Shown: one piece after another, positions 1 to 9,938 of the stretch
How the letters are laid out: the number at the start of each line of letters is the position of its first letter
Position numbering within the stretch: the stretch's first letter is position 1
Source: a virus
Taxonomy: Duplodnaviria > Caudoviricetes
Length of the DNA stretch: 59,324 bases
Virus record (IMG/VR): IMGVR_UViG_3300045120_000032
Location: 1-59,324 of that record
Strand: one strand, 5' to 3'
Program-made: the position numbers and the translations under genes
Notes under the pieces: generated by a model
Databases searched by the model: none
What the model was told of the DNA's origin: nothing
The model's input: only the letters and a program-made list of their open reading frames with translations

Positions 1-127
1 TCTTCGTAATCCTCCGGGTTCAGATCAGGAGTATCAGGGCCAATAGACCCAGGCCCACGTGCAACGACAGCATTGATTTCAAACTGGAACCAAATCTCCG
101 CTGCCTTGTAGAGCCTGTGCTGGTTTG
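1..127. repeat. 127-bp direct terminal repeat (copy of 59198-59324); circular assembly overlap
   Basis: Exact identity of 1-127 with 59198-59324. An ORF reads continuously across the junction. Confidence 0.95.
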
Positions 128-599
128 GAATCTGAGGGAGGTCTATGTAATCCTCAGACGACCAGTAGATTTCGCTCAAACTTGTGAGGCCATACTCCCT
201 GACTGTCTTGGGCTTGTGCATCATCAGCGATCTAATGGCTGCGGCATATGCCTTGACGTTTCGGTTACACTCCCGTTCTGTCTTAGCTCCCGTTGCTACA
301 CCTACACCGACACGCCACATTGCACTATAGGCCGCTGCGTGCTTCAAAGGCCCAGCACCTAGTCCCGTACAAATCACTACGATCTTTGGGGTTTTCTCTC
401 CTTCAACAGTATCGAAACTGTTGCGATTCGTGTAGTTCTGTGGTGCAATCAGTGTGCCCTTACGTAAGGACAACCGACGTTCCATCTCAGCGCAATACGT
501 TGGCAACCAGAACTTGACTGTTTCAATAGCGGCTTCCTCGATTTCCGAAGCGGAAATCATGGGGCCAAAGATTGCGCTCTCTATCGGTGCAGTTGGCAT
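1..599 (-). CDS. Putative tail completion/terminator protein, 212 aa, spanning the circular junction (continues 59197-59158)
   Basis: Absent from the ORF track. ATG at 599 (MPTAPIESAIFGPMIS...) is open through base 1 and ends at TGA 59158-59160. It lies between the morphogenesis gene and the sheath operon. Confidence 0.75.
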   Translation of the reverse strand, partial: MPTAPIESAIFGPMISASEIEEAAIETVKFWLPTYCAEMERRLSLRKGTLIAPQNYTNRNSFDTVEGEKTPKIVVICTGLGAGPLKHAAAYSAMWRVGVGVATGAKTERECNRNVKAYAAAIRSLMMHKPKTVREYGLTSLSEIYWSSEDYIDLPQIPNQHRLYKAAEIWFQFEINAVVARGPGSIGPDTPDLNPEDYE

Positions 600-602
600 C
601 TG

Positions 603-1106
603 CTATTCCTCTGTTAGAGCTGCCATTAGTTTCTCCGCTATCCAACCCTTCCATCTCGCTTGGTCTTGTGGTGCAGCTACCAAGAACGGACGACGTGGGA
701 TATGACGTCCTGGGTGACCATACTGATGTGTGGCAGCATACGGACGATCTGTGCCAAGCTCAACATGCTCGTTGTCTGTGTAAGAATGCTGATACTCAGC
801 ACCAGGCTCCGTTACACTTCTGACGAGTGTGTCGTCACCGAGCTTCGTGTAGTTTGGCCTAGCTCCCATCGTATAAAGGATTTCTGCGCCACCCTTCTTC
901 TTGACGGTATCCGGTCTAAGATTGGCATACGAGCCACCAAATCTACGACCACCAGATGCGATGTTCTCAGCATTCGCTCGCATCATATCAAGAAGAATCA
1001 GATTCATTACTTCATCCATTCCCACTACAGCAGCAGCGCCAGCCTCTTCAAGACGTTCACCGACTCTAAAGAAATCACCGTTATCCTCAACAAACATCTC
1101 AGACAT
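603..1106 (-). CDS. Phage virion morphogenesis protein (Mu gpG-like neck/tail completion)
   Basis: Motifs GTDRPYAATHQYG and IPRRPFL; synteny. Confidence 0.8.
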   Translation of the reverse strand: MSEMFVEDNGDFFRVGERLEEAGAAAVVGMDEVMNLILLDMMRANAENIASGGRRFGGSYANLRPDTVKKKGGAEILYTMGARPNYTKLGDDTLVRSVTEPGAEYQHSYTDNEHVELGTDRPYAATHQYGHPGRHIPRRPFLVAAPQDQARWKGWIAEKLMAALTEE

Positions 1107-1849
1107 CAGAGGATCATTCCCATCGTGAATGCACGATCAGTTGCATCAACCGGGAAGAAGTCGTCTGTCGTGATTGCCGTATCAGCCCCGATGATGATGC
1201 CATCACTATCACCGAGGCCAATCGTGCCGTCAACGATTCCTTGCAACATCGCCATTGCTGCATCATACAGGCGTTGTGCATAGTTGAAGTTTGAGATATC
1301 ATACGACTGACGCGCTGCGAGGTTGAAGTATACCTGAGCTGCAATCAGCATTGAAGCAATCTCACGTACCGTACTCGGCGTTTCCTCGGGAGTCTGCCAA
1401 CTCATCAGGGTTGTGGTATCTACAGCAGCAGCGAGATAACCACGGACAATCCTCGCCACACTGACCTGCACTAGATTGGAGTTGTCAGCGGTAGCCTCGA
1501 TTACCTCACCATCTAGGTGAGCGTTGACATCATCGAGAGTCGCCATAATCTCCGTTGTTGCAGGATTGAAGATTGGCTCGTAGTCCCTGATATTATCACC
1601 ATCATCAGCTGACTGAATCTTGTACCAACCGACACCAGCATCGAGAGTCGCCTGATTTGTGGTGAACGACACAGGCTGTGGATCTGACGGATCTGTGATA
1701 GGCATGTCGATCTGCTGGGAATCAATCAGATTCCACTCAGTTGTTACGTCATTGGCATCGACGAGTGCTGCCTCAAAAATGTTCACCTTCGTCCACTGAG
1801 TGCCATCGTACCGTGGTTCTAGTTCAAAATCTTTGAATGAGACAATCAC
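1106..1849 (-). CDS. Head-tail adaptor (Mu gp36/DUF1320-like C-terminal half) with N-terminal extension
   Basis: P..V..IA..L.A...Y and RLYDAAMAMLQGIVDGTIGL resemble gp36-type adaptors; located downstream of the capsid gene. Confidence 0.6.
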   Translation of the reverse strand: MIVSFKDFELEPRYDGTQWTKVNIFEAALVDANDVTTEWNLIDSQQIDMPITDPSDPQPVSFTTNQATLDAGVGWYKIQSADDGDNIRDYEPIFNPATTEIMATLDDVNAHLDGEVIEATADNSNLVQVSVARIVRGYLAAAVDTTTLMSWQTPEETPSTVREIASMLIAAQVYFNLAARQSYDISNFNYAQRLYDAAMAMLQGIVDGTIGLGDSDGIIIGADTAITTDDFFPVDATDRAFTMGMIL

Positions 1850-2075
1850 CTATATCACTACCCTTTCGTGGTTGTGACCAAAGGCGTCTTGCCCTTGTGT
1901 GGATGGACAATCTTAACCATTTCCACCTCTCCTAAAAATAGGCAAGCATAAGCAAACGGTATTTGCCGTTTGCGAACGCTCCAACCTTCCATTCATTGTT
2001 CGCTGCTCATTACGCCTTATCTAGAGACTATTGCAATTAACTGGCTTACTCACAGTCATACACAATAGACCCTTT

Positions 2076-2107
2076 TGTGCGGCCCCTGGTATCCCAAAGG
2101 CCGCACA
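2076..2107 (-). terminator. Hairpin, possible terminator after the capsid operon
   Basis: TGTGCGGCC...GGCCGCACA inverted repeat just past the stop of 2124..2558. Confidence 0.4.
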
Positions 2108-2123
2108 GGGAGTGGGGAGAGTC

Positions 2124-2558
2124 TTACTTGCTCTGTGCGGCCTTGCTCTGAGACTGTGCTTGACCCTGACCCTTGGTAGGGTCATCAGCAGCAGATGTGC
2201 CCAGCTTGTTAGGATCTACGGTAGCCTCCGCAGCCTTACGCGCTCCTGCTCTCTTTGCGGCAGCTTCGTCAAGACCCTCTTCGATGCTCTGACCCTCTTC
2301 CACGTGCATCCTCAGTTCCTCAACAACTGCCGAACGAGCGAGCTGTTCCTTCTCGTACTCAGCAGGTGAAACACTATCAGGAATGTCGGGATACTCTTCC
2401 TCACTGACAACTCCTGTCTCGATCATTTCCTCGAACTCTTCGTCAGTCACACCAAGATCGGATGCTGTAACCTTCTCACCAACCTCGATGGTCTTGGTAG
2501 TCTGTCCCCACTCGTTCTTCTCTACGGGGAAGTTACTCCATGCGTAATACGTTGCCAT
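2124..2558 (-). CDS. Hypothetical acidic virion-associated protein
   Basis: 144 aa ORF with SD AAGGGAG, directly after the major capsid gene. Confidence 0.7.
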   Translation of the reverse strand: MATYYAWSNFPVEKNEWGQTTKTIEVGEKVTASDLGVTDEEFEEMIETGVVSEEEYPDIPDSVSPAEYEKEQLARSAVVEELRMHVEEGQSIEEGLDEAAAKRAGARKAAEATVDPNKLGTSAADDPTKGQGQAQSQSKAAQSK

Positions 2559-2576
2559 GCTGTTTCACTCCCTTCG

Positions 2577-3584
2577 TTAGAAGGCGGTCGGGCTGAATGC
2601 TGTGCTGATGAGGTAACCTGCACCAGCAGAGACAACCTTGAGGTCGTACTTCATCGACACACGAACGAGGTCTGCCTTGCGAGGCTCTTCACGCCAACGA
2701 TCAGTCGGGCGTGTAGAACCATCGGGATACAACTGAGCAAACGTCTTACCGAACGTGAACTGATTGAGTCCCAGCCCAGGATCGACAATACCGACCCACA
2801 CGTCCTTGCCCCAGAAGGACTGAACGTTGATCGAGGCGTCGATGTTGTTCGCTGAGTTGTACACGGAATCCACAGTAAGAACCTGACCGTCGAAACCAGT
2901 CAACGAACGGAACGCATCGGGAATGCTCAGCGAGAAGTTCTTGAAACGATCCACGACACGCGGGTGATTCTCGATGTACGACATACCCAACGCAGGAATG
3001 ATGATCGTGTTGGGGTACCGCAGAGTCGCGGCATACACGGCGCGCATGGCAACCATGATGTCGTTAATCGGGTTACTGGTAGATGCAGTACCACCAGTGT
3101 AGTTGTCCCACTGGCTTGCACCGGACAGCGTGATCTTGTTGCTAGCACCATACTGTGCCGGGTCACGCACCAACGTTGACACCTTGCTTTCAAGGTCAAG
3201 CAGGATGCTACGTGTGGCAAGTGCAGTAGCATCCAGTTCGGGGTCGATCTGCAATGCGCCACCAAACACGGCGTTTGCAAGACCACCCTGTGACGTGAGC
3301 TGCTGACGCTCTTCGTCATAGATCGGAACCTGGAGAGAACGCTCGCGGGTGTAGAACGTATCCTCACTCCACTTGGCACCGAGGATCTCGTTTGCCACCG
3401 CACCAGGCTCACGTGCAGACTCGAAGATGAGCCAGTTCGACCTGTCGAACACACGGTACCTACCCGACTGTGTGCGAACAGGAGTTACAGGAAAGATCCT
3501 GTCTCCGTAGAGTCCCTGATCCTTGTATCCAACCGAGAAGTTGGTTAGAATCGGATCTTGGTATAGGGTACCTGGATCGTACAT
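2577..3584 (-). CDS. Major capsid protein
   Basis: 335 aa; DPILTNFSVGY N-terminus typical of this capsid group; follows the protease and decoration genes; SD GAGGTG. Confidence 0.85.
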   Translation of the reverse strand: MYDPGTLYQDPILTNFSVGYKDQGLYGDRIFPVTPVRTQSGRYRVFDRSNWLIFESAREPGAVANEILGAKWSEDTFYTRERSLQVPIYDEERQQLTSQGGLANAVFGGALQIDPELDATALATRSILLDLESKVSTLVRDPAQYGASNKITLSGASQWDNYTGGTASTSNPINDIMVAMRAVYAATLRYPNTIIIPALGMSYIENHPRVVDRFKNFSLSIPDAFRSLTGFDGQVLTVDSVYNSANNIDASINVQSFWGKDVWVGIVDPGLGLNQFTFGKTFAQLYPDGSTRPTDRWREEPRKADLVRVSMKYDLKVVSAGAGYLISTAFSPTAF

Positions 3585-3602
3585 CTCACCACCTCTCAGT
3601 TG

Positions 3603-3992
3603 TTAGGGAGAAAGAGCACCAGCGACAGACAAACGAACCGTGCAACGATCACCAGCATTGACAGCAGCAGCACCCACGCAAACACCAATCACGCGAGCAC
3701 CTGCCGCAGCCGCAGCAGCCGTACCAGTTGCGGTAATCGTGACGGGACTGTTGAGCGGAATCGGGCCTGACGCTTCCATCTCAGTCTGTCCCATCGGGCG
3801 CACGTTAGTACCCTTACCACGTGCAAGCTCAGCAGCAGAAACGCTGAACTGTGCAACACCCGCGATTTCATCTGTGATCGCCGTTACCGGAGTCACAGTC
3901 TCAGGCGCAGAAAACTTCACAGCTCTGAACTTGGTGATCGGCACCGCAGCACGATAACCCTTGTCCATCACGAAGTTTCCAGTTGCCGCCAT
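3603..3992 (-). CDS. Capsid decoration/cement protein (DUF2190-like)
   Basis: Small Ala/Gly-rich beta protein between protease and capsid genes (KFRAVK, IAGVAQ, A..AGD). Confidence 0.7.
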   Translation of the reverse strand: MAATGNFVMDKGYRAAVPITKFRAVKFSAPETVTPVTAITDEIAGVAQFSVSAAELARGKGTNVRPMGQTEMEASGPIPLNSPVTITATGTAAAAAAGARVIGVCVGAAAVNAGDRCTVRLSVAGALSP

Positions 3993-4023
3993 TTATATCA
4001 CCACCTTTACGTGACAGTTGTGG

Positions 4024-5733
4024 TTAACCAGGAAGTGCAACAGAGTAAGCTTCTGCAAGATCAGGATGCTTCTTGCTGGCTTCACTCATGCACCTGACGT
4101 AATCCCACTCGGGATTCTCAGCTTGGATCTTGCCAACGACTTCCGCAAACACCTTGCGAGCACCAGCGATGCCACCAGCGGTAGTCGTGTCAACGATCGG
4201 AATCTCGTCACCACTGTTGGAAGTGCCGATTTCACCGAACTCGACAATTCCACCATTGACGATAGTGCGAATGACGTCCTCGTACTCTTCGAGAGTCGCA
4301 GTACCCTCACTGAAATGCTTGTGAAGCTCTGCAACCTTCGTCATACTCATGGACGACAGACCCTTCTGAGTCTCCTTGAGTCCGTAACCCTCAGCCTTAC
4401 GAACACGCTGAATGGACTCACTGAACTGACGTGCGCTGTTGTCCCTGTCGCGCTCCATCAGCTTGTTGTGCTCCTGCCAGTACGCGGGATACTCTTCCGC
4501 AAACTTCCGCTCCTGAGTAACTGCGTCCACGTTGCGACGTAGCTCAGTCAGCTCACCGAGTTGAAGCTTGGAAGCCTCGATGATGTCGGCGTCCACGGAG
4601 ATACCCAAGACGTTCCTAAGCTCGAACTCCTGCTCAGGCGTCATATTACCTCCTTCCACTTGTGTAGTCGTTGTTGCAGGGACAGTAGAACTACTAGGAT
4701 TGTCTGGCCCCGCTGGGATCGTCTGGTCTGGCGGTGTACTCCTACGCCATCCTTGTTGAATGGCAGGATCATCACTACCGTCCTCATCCTTACGAGGGGC
4801 AGGTGGTGAACCAGTACCAGGCTCCGAGTGCTCGTACTCCTTGCTTTCACCTGTGGGGTCTGTAACCTCAGGTGCATCAGGTGAAAGCACTTCGTAGCCT
4901 TCTCTCACTAGAAGCTCGAAAGCATCGGCTACGGCTGTGTTTCCTTCTGCCATCGCTTTACTAGCACCCCCTAACAGCCTACGTGCCTTGGCTTGTAGAG
5001 AAGCTTTCTTTGCTGCACTAATACCGGACTGTGGAATCCTCGCAATCGCATTGCGAAGATGTGGCAAGTCGATCTTGCCATCTGGCCCCTTATACGGAAA
5101 GTGTCGCAAACTACGAGGCACAGTCTTACCATCTGAATCCTTCTTCCCACCAGACTCGACAAACAAGAAAGCACCATCAGGCAAGTTATTGATGAAGGAT
5201 GTGCTCCAGACAGCAAACTGCTTCTTTTCCTCGTAGTCCAGTTCATCCCACATGGCCTCGCTAAAGTTGATGGGGAGAATGTTCTTCGCGACTGGCTTGT
5301 TGGTGAAAGCTCCACCAGTGATGACATCGAAATGCTTGATGCCGTTGTTGTCAAGCCAATCGTCCATCCACTCCAACGAGAAGTACCGCCACTTCTTGTC
5401 CTTGATTTCCTTCGCAGCATCGCTTGTCAGCTCGATACGTGCAAAGAGACTAGCCTGTGTGGGATCATCAGAGCTAGGCTTCATGGCGAACTCCCTAAAC
5501 CAGCCACTAGCCATATTGCCCTTAGCACGATCCATCCCATGATCGAAGTCAGTTGCAATATCCTGACCACGAACACGCTTGTTGAAGTTCTGAATCATGC
5601 GAGCAATCTTGTCTTTCGTGACTTCAACAGGCCCATACTGCGGGGTATGGAAGGTGCGAGCAGGCAGAGCTTCTACCCACACTTCGTTTCCACCGTCCAG
5701 CGTCGGTACATCAACTACTGCCGCTTCTAGCAT
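4024..5733 (-). CDS. Mu-like prohead protease/scaffold with inserted domain
   Basis: DFDH, ASGW, WRYFSLE and GGAFTNKP motifs of Mu gpI-type proteases; long acidic/helical scaffold C-terminus. Confidence 0.8.
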   Translation of the reverse strand: MLEAAVVDVPTLDGGNEVWVEALPARTFHTPQYGPVEVTKDKIARMIQNFNKRVRGQDIATDFDHGMDRAKGNMASGWFREFAMKPSSDDPTQASLFARIELTSDAAKEIKDKKWRYFSLEWMDDWLDNNGIKHFDVITGGAFTNKPVAKNILPINFSEAMWDELDYEEKKQFAVWSTSFINNLPDGAFLFVESGGKKDSDGKTVPRSLRHFPYKGPDGKIDLPHLRNAIARIPQSGISAAKKASLQAKARRLLGGASKAMAEGNTAVADAFELLVREGYEVLSPDAPEVTDPTGESKEYEHSEPGTGSPPAPRKDEDGSDDPAIQQGWRRSTPPDQTIPAGPDNPSSSTVPATTTTQVEGGNMTPEQEFELRNVLGISVDADIIEASKLQLGELTELRRNVDAVTQERKFAEEYPAYWQEHNKLMERDRDNSARQFSESIQRVRKAEGYGLKETQKGLSSMSMTKVAELHKHFSEGTATLEEYEDVIRTIVNGGIVEFGEIGTSNSGDEIPIVDTTTAGGIAGARKVFAEVVGKIQAENPEWDYVRCMSEASKKHPDLAEAYSVALPG

Positions 5734-5984
5734 TTAACCTCCCTCCGAGTCAACCTAGAACGCCTGTATGCAGTATCATTCGCAATCCACTTGACAGTTG
5801 CCTTGGGATGCATGAACTCAAAGCCAACCGGATGCGAGTAAAGCGTTTCACAATTCTCAATCACAAAGCCACCGTTCATGTAATCGAGAATGAAGTACAG
5901 ATGCCCGTTTTTAGTGAAGTAATCCCCAGCACCAAAGACGGTGATTTCCTCACCAGTCACTACTTCGGTTACTGTTGTACTCAC
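5727..5984 (-). CDS. Hypothetical protein
   Basis: 85 aa ORF coupled between portal and protease genes. Confidence 0.6.
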   Translation of the reverse strand: MSTTVTEVVTGEEITVFGAGDYFTKNGHLYFILDYMNGGFVIENCETLYSHPVGFEFMHPKATVKWIANDTAYRRSRLTRREVKC

Positions 5985-5993
5985 TTCATCGGC

Positions 5994-7526
5994 CTATTGA
6001 CCCTGTTGTGGCCCTTTCCCTACGTTTCCCGTTTTGATCGCGTTTGGAGTAATTGCGCCTTTTTGCACATTGCCATTTCCGGGGGCCTGGGTGTTCAACG
6101 GCGGCACAGGGGGTGTGGCCCTGCTTTCACCCCCTGTGCCATTAACCGCACCTGCGGTGTGCGGCGCCGTTGTGGGTACAGCTCCAGGTTGCTTAGCAGG
6201 CATATCAAAGACCTGACGAATCCAGTTCTCTGTGGGATCGTCCATCGTAATCCCCTGCTGTGCTAGCAGATTCGCTAGAGCCGCACCGAGCATTTGTAGG
6301 TCACGTGTCTCACCGATGTTGCGTACCCTCAGCCGTGGGAAGTTAGTAGTGGGGAAGTTCCACACTACCAACTCAGGCACCAGATACATATTGATGTGCT
6401 GGCAAATGTTGTTCGCGACATACTTCAAAGACTTCATGAACAGGTCAGCACCCGTAGCTCCGGTAGACCTGCCACCTGAGCCAGTGGCCCCACCCGGCCC
6501 GGAACCTTGCGCTAGGAATGCAGCCATAATGTTCATCATAAGCATCATGTTATGATGACCGGCGCTTTCCAGCGCATCCACCGTCATACCCTTCAACTCC
6601 ACGAAGTCCACTTCAACGTTGGGAGTCTCGATGATGAAAGCTTCCTCGTTAGTCCTCAAATTGCGGAGGGCTGTGCGGAGAGCCACCTTGTCCTGTGCAG
6701 TTGCAGCAGGCCCGAGCTTTCCACGTGGGATACCGATGCCGTGGCGTTCCTTCTGAACTGCGTCAATCTTGTAGAAGTGATCTTTGTAGTACCAATGCTT
6801 GTAGGCTGTGCGGAGGATACTCTTACCTGTCAGATCCCCGCCAGTCTTGCCAAACGTGAACACCATCACTTTCGAGACATCTAGCGCCTTCTCGACAACC
6901 GAGCCGTCCGACTGAACAGCGTTTTGAATGATCTTGTTAGGCCCACCATTGTTGTCGTAATCTATCTCCTTGATGGTAGGCGCCGGCCTTACGCCAAGCT
7001 TCTTGAGCATGGTGTACTGGCGAGTATTCGCACCCTTGGCGTTTGGCGACCAGACACGGTTCTCGTAAACCTTCTCAATGATGGAATATCCATCTTCAAA
7101 GAAATGCAGGATATCCTCAAGACTATTGAGGAAGGGAGCACTCATGCCACCTGCGAGATTGTCCCATATAAAGTCGGAAATCAACTGATCCTGTGGAGAG
7201 TCGCTATACGGCTCCATGAAGAATTCTGCGCCAAGCACAGGAGTCTTGATAGCCCTAACACTCATGTCAACTCCAGCGTCAGTCATCATCCGTGTGTAAG
7301 CTAGAGTACGCTGGTATGGTGTGGTAAGCTCAGGTACCTGGTCAATGATGCGAACAGGAATACTAGAGCCAAGTTCGCTGTCCAGGTTGGGACGCGGAAT
7401 CTGAGCTAGAGCTGTACTACCCGCCTTGTACGTAGTGCCCGTCTTGGTGCCGACACCACGCGCAATAGCCTGCTGCGATCCAGCGACTTGTGGCTTCTTG
7501 TTATTTCTGCGGGGGAAGAGAGGCAT
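5994..7526 (-). CDS. Portal protein (Mu gp29/DUF935-like)
   Basis: GYSIIEKVY, GKSILRTAYKHWYYK and ERHGIGIP motifs; 510 aa; downstream of terminase. Confidence 0.85.
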   Translation of the reverse strand: MPLFPRRNNKKPQVAGSQQAIARGVGTKTGTTYKAGSTALAQIPRPNLDSELGSSIPVRIIDQVPELTTPYQRTLAYTRMMTDAGVDMSVRAIKTPVLGAEFFMEPYSDSPQDQLISDFIWDNLAGGMSAPFLNSLEDILHFFEDGYSIIEKVYENRVWSPNAKGANTRQYTMLKKLGVRPAPTIKEIDYDNNGGPNKIIQNAVQSDGSVVEKALDVSKVMVFTFGKTGGDLTGKSILRTAYKHWYYKDHFYKIDAVQKERHGIGIPRGKLGPAATAQDKVALRTALRNLRTNEEAFIIETPNVEVDFVELKGMTVDALESAGHHNMMLMMNIMAAFLAQGSGPGGATGSGGRSTGATGADLFMKSLKYVANNICQHINMYLVPELVVWNFPTTNFPRLRVRNIGETRDLQMLGAALANLLAQQGITMDDPTENWIRQVFDMPAKQPGAVPTTAPHTAGAVNGTGGESRATPPVPPLNTQAPGNGNVQKGAITPNAIKTGNVGKGPQQGQ

Positions 7527-8293
7527 TACGCTGCAACCTGTAGGAGTTGTTTACCAACGTACTCTGTGTACGCCGGCGGGATAGCCTCGTTCAGCTCGCG
7601 CTTCTTCCTAGCCCACGGGATCTGCATTGCATCCTTAGCCGCGTCAAACCGGCAAGTACCGCCACCCACGACAGTCACGTAATCCTTCCACTGATCCAAC
7701 TTCCCGTAGTGGTTGTGGCGCTTGTTCCACGTGACACACAACGGATGCTCCCATCGTGACATGTGTGGAGGGGCTACCAGTGGAACATCGGATTCAAAGA
7801 GCCTATGCCTAATCACCCTGAGATTGTGGGACTCGTGAAAATAAACCCCGCACAGGAGGATGGTCTGTTCTTTGATTAGTGGCGACCACATCACGTTCTC
7901 AATGATGTAGGGCTTGCCAGTTTGTTGGAGCAAGTCACGTACTACTGGTAACAGGTCAGGGTGCAAATGTCGATTCCCGTTTTGGTCTGCCGTAATGCTA
8001 TAGTGCTGGCAGGGTGGACTTGCATGGATCACGGTAAAGTCGCTCAGCTTGTAGCTGCGCTTTTTACTTTTACCAGTGATAGGGTGGTTAGGCGTGATAG
8101 TCTCGGTGGGATCTGTGAGCAGCCGCCGTAGTGTGGCAGGCGCATCATGCAGGACGAGTGCAGAATACGGGTAGTTTGGTTGAAGGTAACGGTCTACTCC
8201 AATCACGTCAAAACCCGCATCGTGGTAACCCTTTGCAGCCCCACCAACACCACAGAACAGGTCAAGCAAGAGGGGCCTATTTGTATCAGCCAC
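7526..8293 (-). CDS. DNA cytosine-5 methyltransferase
   Basis: Motif I LDLFCGVGG, IV ASPPCQ, VI IENV, VIII RHRLF, X-like EAIPP. Confidence 0.85.
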   Translation of the reverse strand: MADTNRPLLLDLFCGVGGAAKGYHDAGFDVIGVDRYLQPNYPYSALVLHDAPATLRRLLTDPTETITPNHPITGKSKKRSYKLSDFTVIHASPPCQHYSITADQNGNRHLHPDLLPVVRDLLQQTGKPYIIENVMWSPLIKEQTILLCGVYFHESHNLRVIRHRLFESDVPLVAPPHMSRWEHPLCVTWNKRHNHYGKLDQWKDYVTVVGGGTCRFDAAKDAMQIPWARKKRELNEAIPPAYTEYVGKQLLQVAA

Positions 8294-9795
8294 TACAGCC
8301 TGACCCTAAAGACATCTTCTGAATCCAGCGTCATGCTCTGATTCAGAGTAAAGAAGTCCTCAGATTCACTACCAGTGTACATCTCGCCATAGATGTCAGC
8401 AACGGACGTACCGGCGCCATCTACGAACCAAGGCCCAATGAAGTAGCGCAATGCATCACAAGCGTGGTCGTCGATCTTGTGCTGGATATTGCCATCACCT
8501 GCCAACTCGTTGAGGTCGTACTTGGCGTTCTTACCAACCTCTTTCACGTGCAGGTTGTTCATCTGCCGGATGAGGTTAGTGCAGGACTTGTGGACGCGAA
8601 TCTTTGGTGGCCTGTCTGACAGCATACGCTTGATCTGTTCGACAGCCAGCTTCCACCTGACATCTTGTGAAGCTGGGAACTTGAACACCTGACCTAGAAT
8701 AGCCGCCTCATCTGCGCCACGTGGGTCACCCCAACATGAATCAATGGTGTAGCCGTTGGGATTCAACCTGTCACGCAAGTGGTAGGCATGTTCAAGGGTA
8801 GACTGGTGTGCCATGTAGTACTCGCGCCATACAAAGCACGTGTTGGAGCGAGGGTCGATTTGGATATCTAGCGCGACAAAAGGATTGTTAAATCCGTAGT
8901 CCATCGCTAGATGATTTGTATACGCGGGGTTGTAGCGCTCGTTCAGGGAATCCTCTTCGTGTCCGTAGACGTGTGTATCTTCGCTCCACTCTTCGTAGAT
9001 GCTTCCTGTGAGGGCTGTGAACTTGGCCCCGTACTCCTGGTCGAACCAGATGGGGCTGACGGTTTTCTCAACACGTAGGATTTCAGGATCATCCCTACCA
9101 CCTGGATACCTGACTGAGTTCTCCCATGTTGGAAACTGCCAACTCCTGTAGTCTTGCGCTGTGTTGTACTTCGTGGCGTTCTCTCTATTGAGAGTTTGAT
9201 TTGGGGTTGTCGGGGGCGCGATCGTATGTAACTGTCCCAGCATGTACAACCCGTGGAACCAGTTGTAACCCTGTGGTGTAGAGGGAAAGTCGCATGATCC
9301 GCGCAAATCGGAGAGGGCTGGTTCGATGTATTGTTCCCACGTAGCTCGGTTGTGTTTAGCGGCCTCACTCATGATGACGTGGGACAAACCCTCTCCTAGT
9401 AGGGAGTCTGGATTGTCGGCACTCACTACCATGATGGTACTTTGCCAAGGGGTCTTGATGTACATATCCCCCTGGTGTTGACTGTAAGCCTTCTTGCAAT
9501 ATCGCAGAAGATCGAGTTTTTGGTAGTCATTCCAGACAACTCTAAACTCTTTCTCCCCAATTCGGTAACTTGTGCCGACGATCCAGTTCCAACTGTCAGG
9601 TATGAAGCTTTTGAACGTCATACGGTGGCCTGCTGCTTGGCTTTTACCCCAGCGCCGACCACAACACGGAGCATTGAACCGTGCTTTGCTGTACAAGTAA
9701 TCTGTTTGGCCCGTAGAATGAGGCTTGAAGCCTACTTTCTCGTATAGGGCTTTAGCAGATATACCTGGTTCTGCTCCGCTTACTGCGTCTGCCAT
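8293..9795 (-). CDS. terL: Terminase large subunit
   Basis: Walker A GRRWGKS, Walker B-like HVIMSEAA, STP coupling motif, nuclease DYG and DDHACDALRY. Start ATG 9795 preferred over TTG 9819. Confidence 0.92.
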   Translation of the reverse strand: MADAVSGAEPGISAKALYEKVGFKPHSTGQTDYLYSKARFNAPCCGRRWGKSQAAGHRMTFKSFIPDSWNWIVGTSYRIGEKEFRVVWNDYQKLDLLRYCKKAYSQHQGDMYIKTPWQSTIMVVSADNPDSLLGEGLSHVIMSEAAKHNRATWEQYIEPALSDLRGSCDFPSTPQGYNWFHGLYMLGQLHTIAPPTTPNQTLNRENATKYNTAQDYRSWQFPTWENSVRYPGGRDDPEILRVEKTVSPIWFDQEYGAKFTALTGSIYEEWSEDTHVYGHEEDSLNERYNPAYTNHLAMDYGFNNPFVALDIQIDPRSNTCFVWREYYMAHQSTLEHAYHLRDRLNPNGYTIDSCWGDPRGADEAAILGQVFKFPASQDVRWKLAVEQIKRMLSDRPPKIRVHKSCTNLIRQMNNLHVKEVGKNAKYDLNELAGDGNIQHKIDDHACDALRYFIGPWFVDGAGTSVADIYGEMYTGSESEDFFTLNQSMTLDSEDVFRVRL

Positions 9796-9809
9796 GAAGA
9801 GGGGTGTTT

Positions 9810-9938
9810 CTAGCCCCAACCGTTGAAGTACGCCAGGACAACAAACACCGCGATCACGACAAGCGCGATGTCACTGAGGCCAACTACGAGGCTGAACTTC
9901 ACAGCGGGTGACGCTGGTGTCACAACAGGGGTAGTCAC
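9810..9938 (-). CDS. Small membrane peptide (42 aa)
   Basis: GTG start overlapping the upstream TGA; MTTPVVTPASPAVKFSLVVGLSDIALVVIAVFVVLAYFNGWG has one TM segment. Confidence 0.5.
   Translation of the reverse strand: MTTPVVTPASPAVKFSLVVGLSDIALVVIAVFVVLAYFNGWG

Noticed and set aside
1-127. Biological direct terminal repeat
   Set aside because: 127 bp equals a common assembler k-mer and cuts through a gene; it shows circularity or permutation, not physical ends.
1822-2060. Stop-codon readthrough or recoding in the gap after 2124..2558
   Set aside because: Genes genome-wide are intact in code 11 using all three stops. Only a possible 32-aa ORF (1822..1920) is present and is too weak to call.
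117-9747. Many plus-strand ORFs over the late arm (and minus-strand ORFs such as 18667..19383 and 25851..26567 over the early arm)
   Set aside because: Antisense shadows of well-supported genes, with no SD or motifs.
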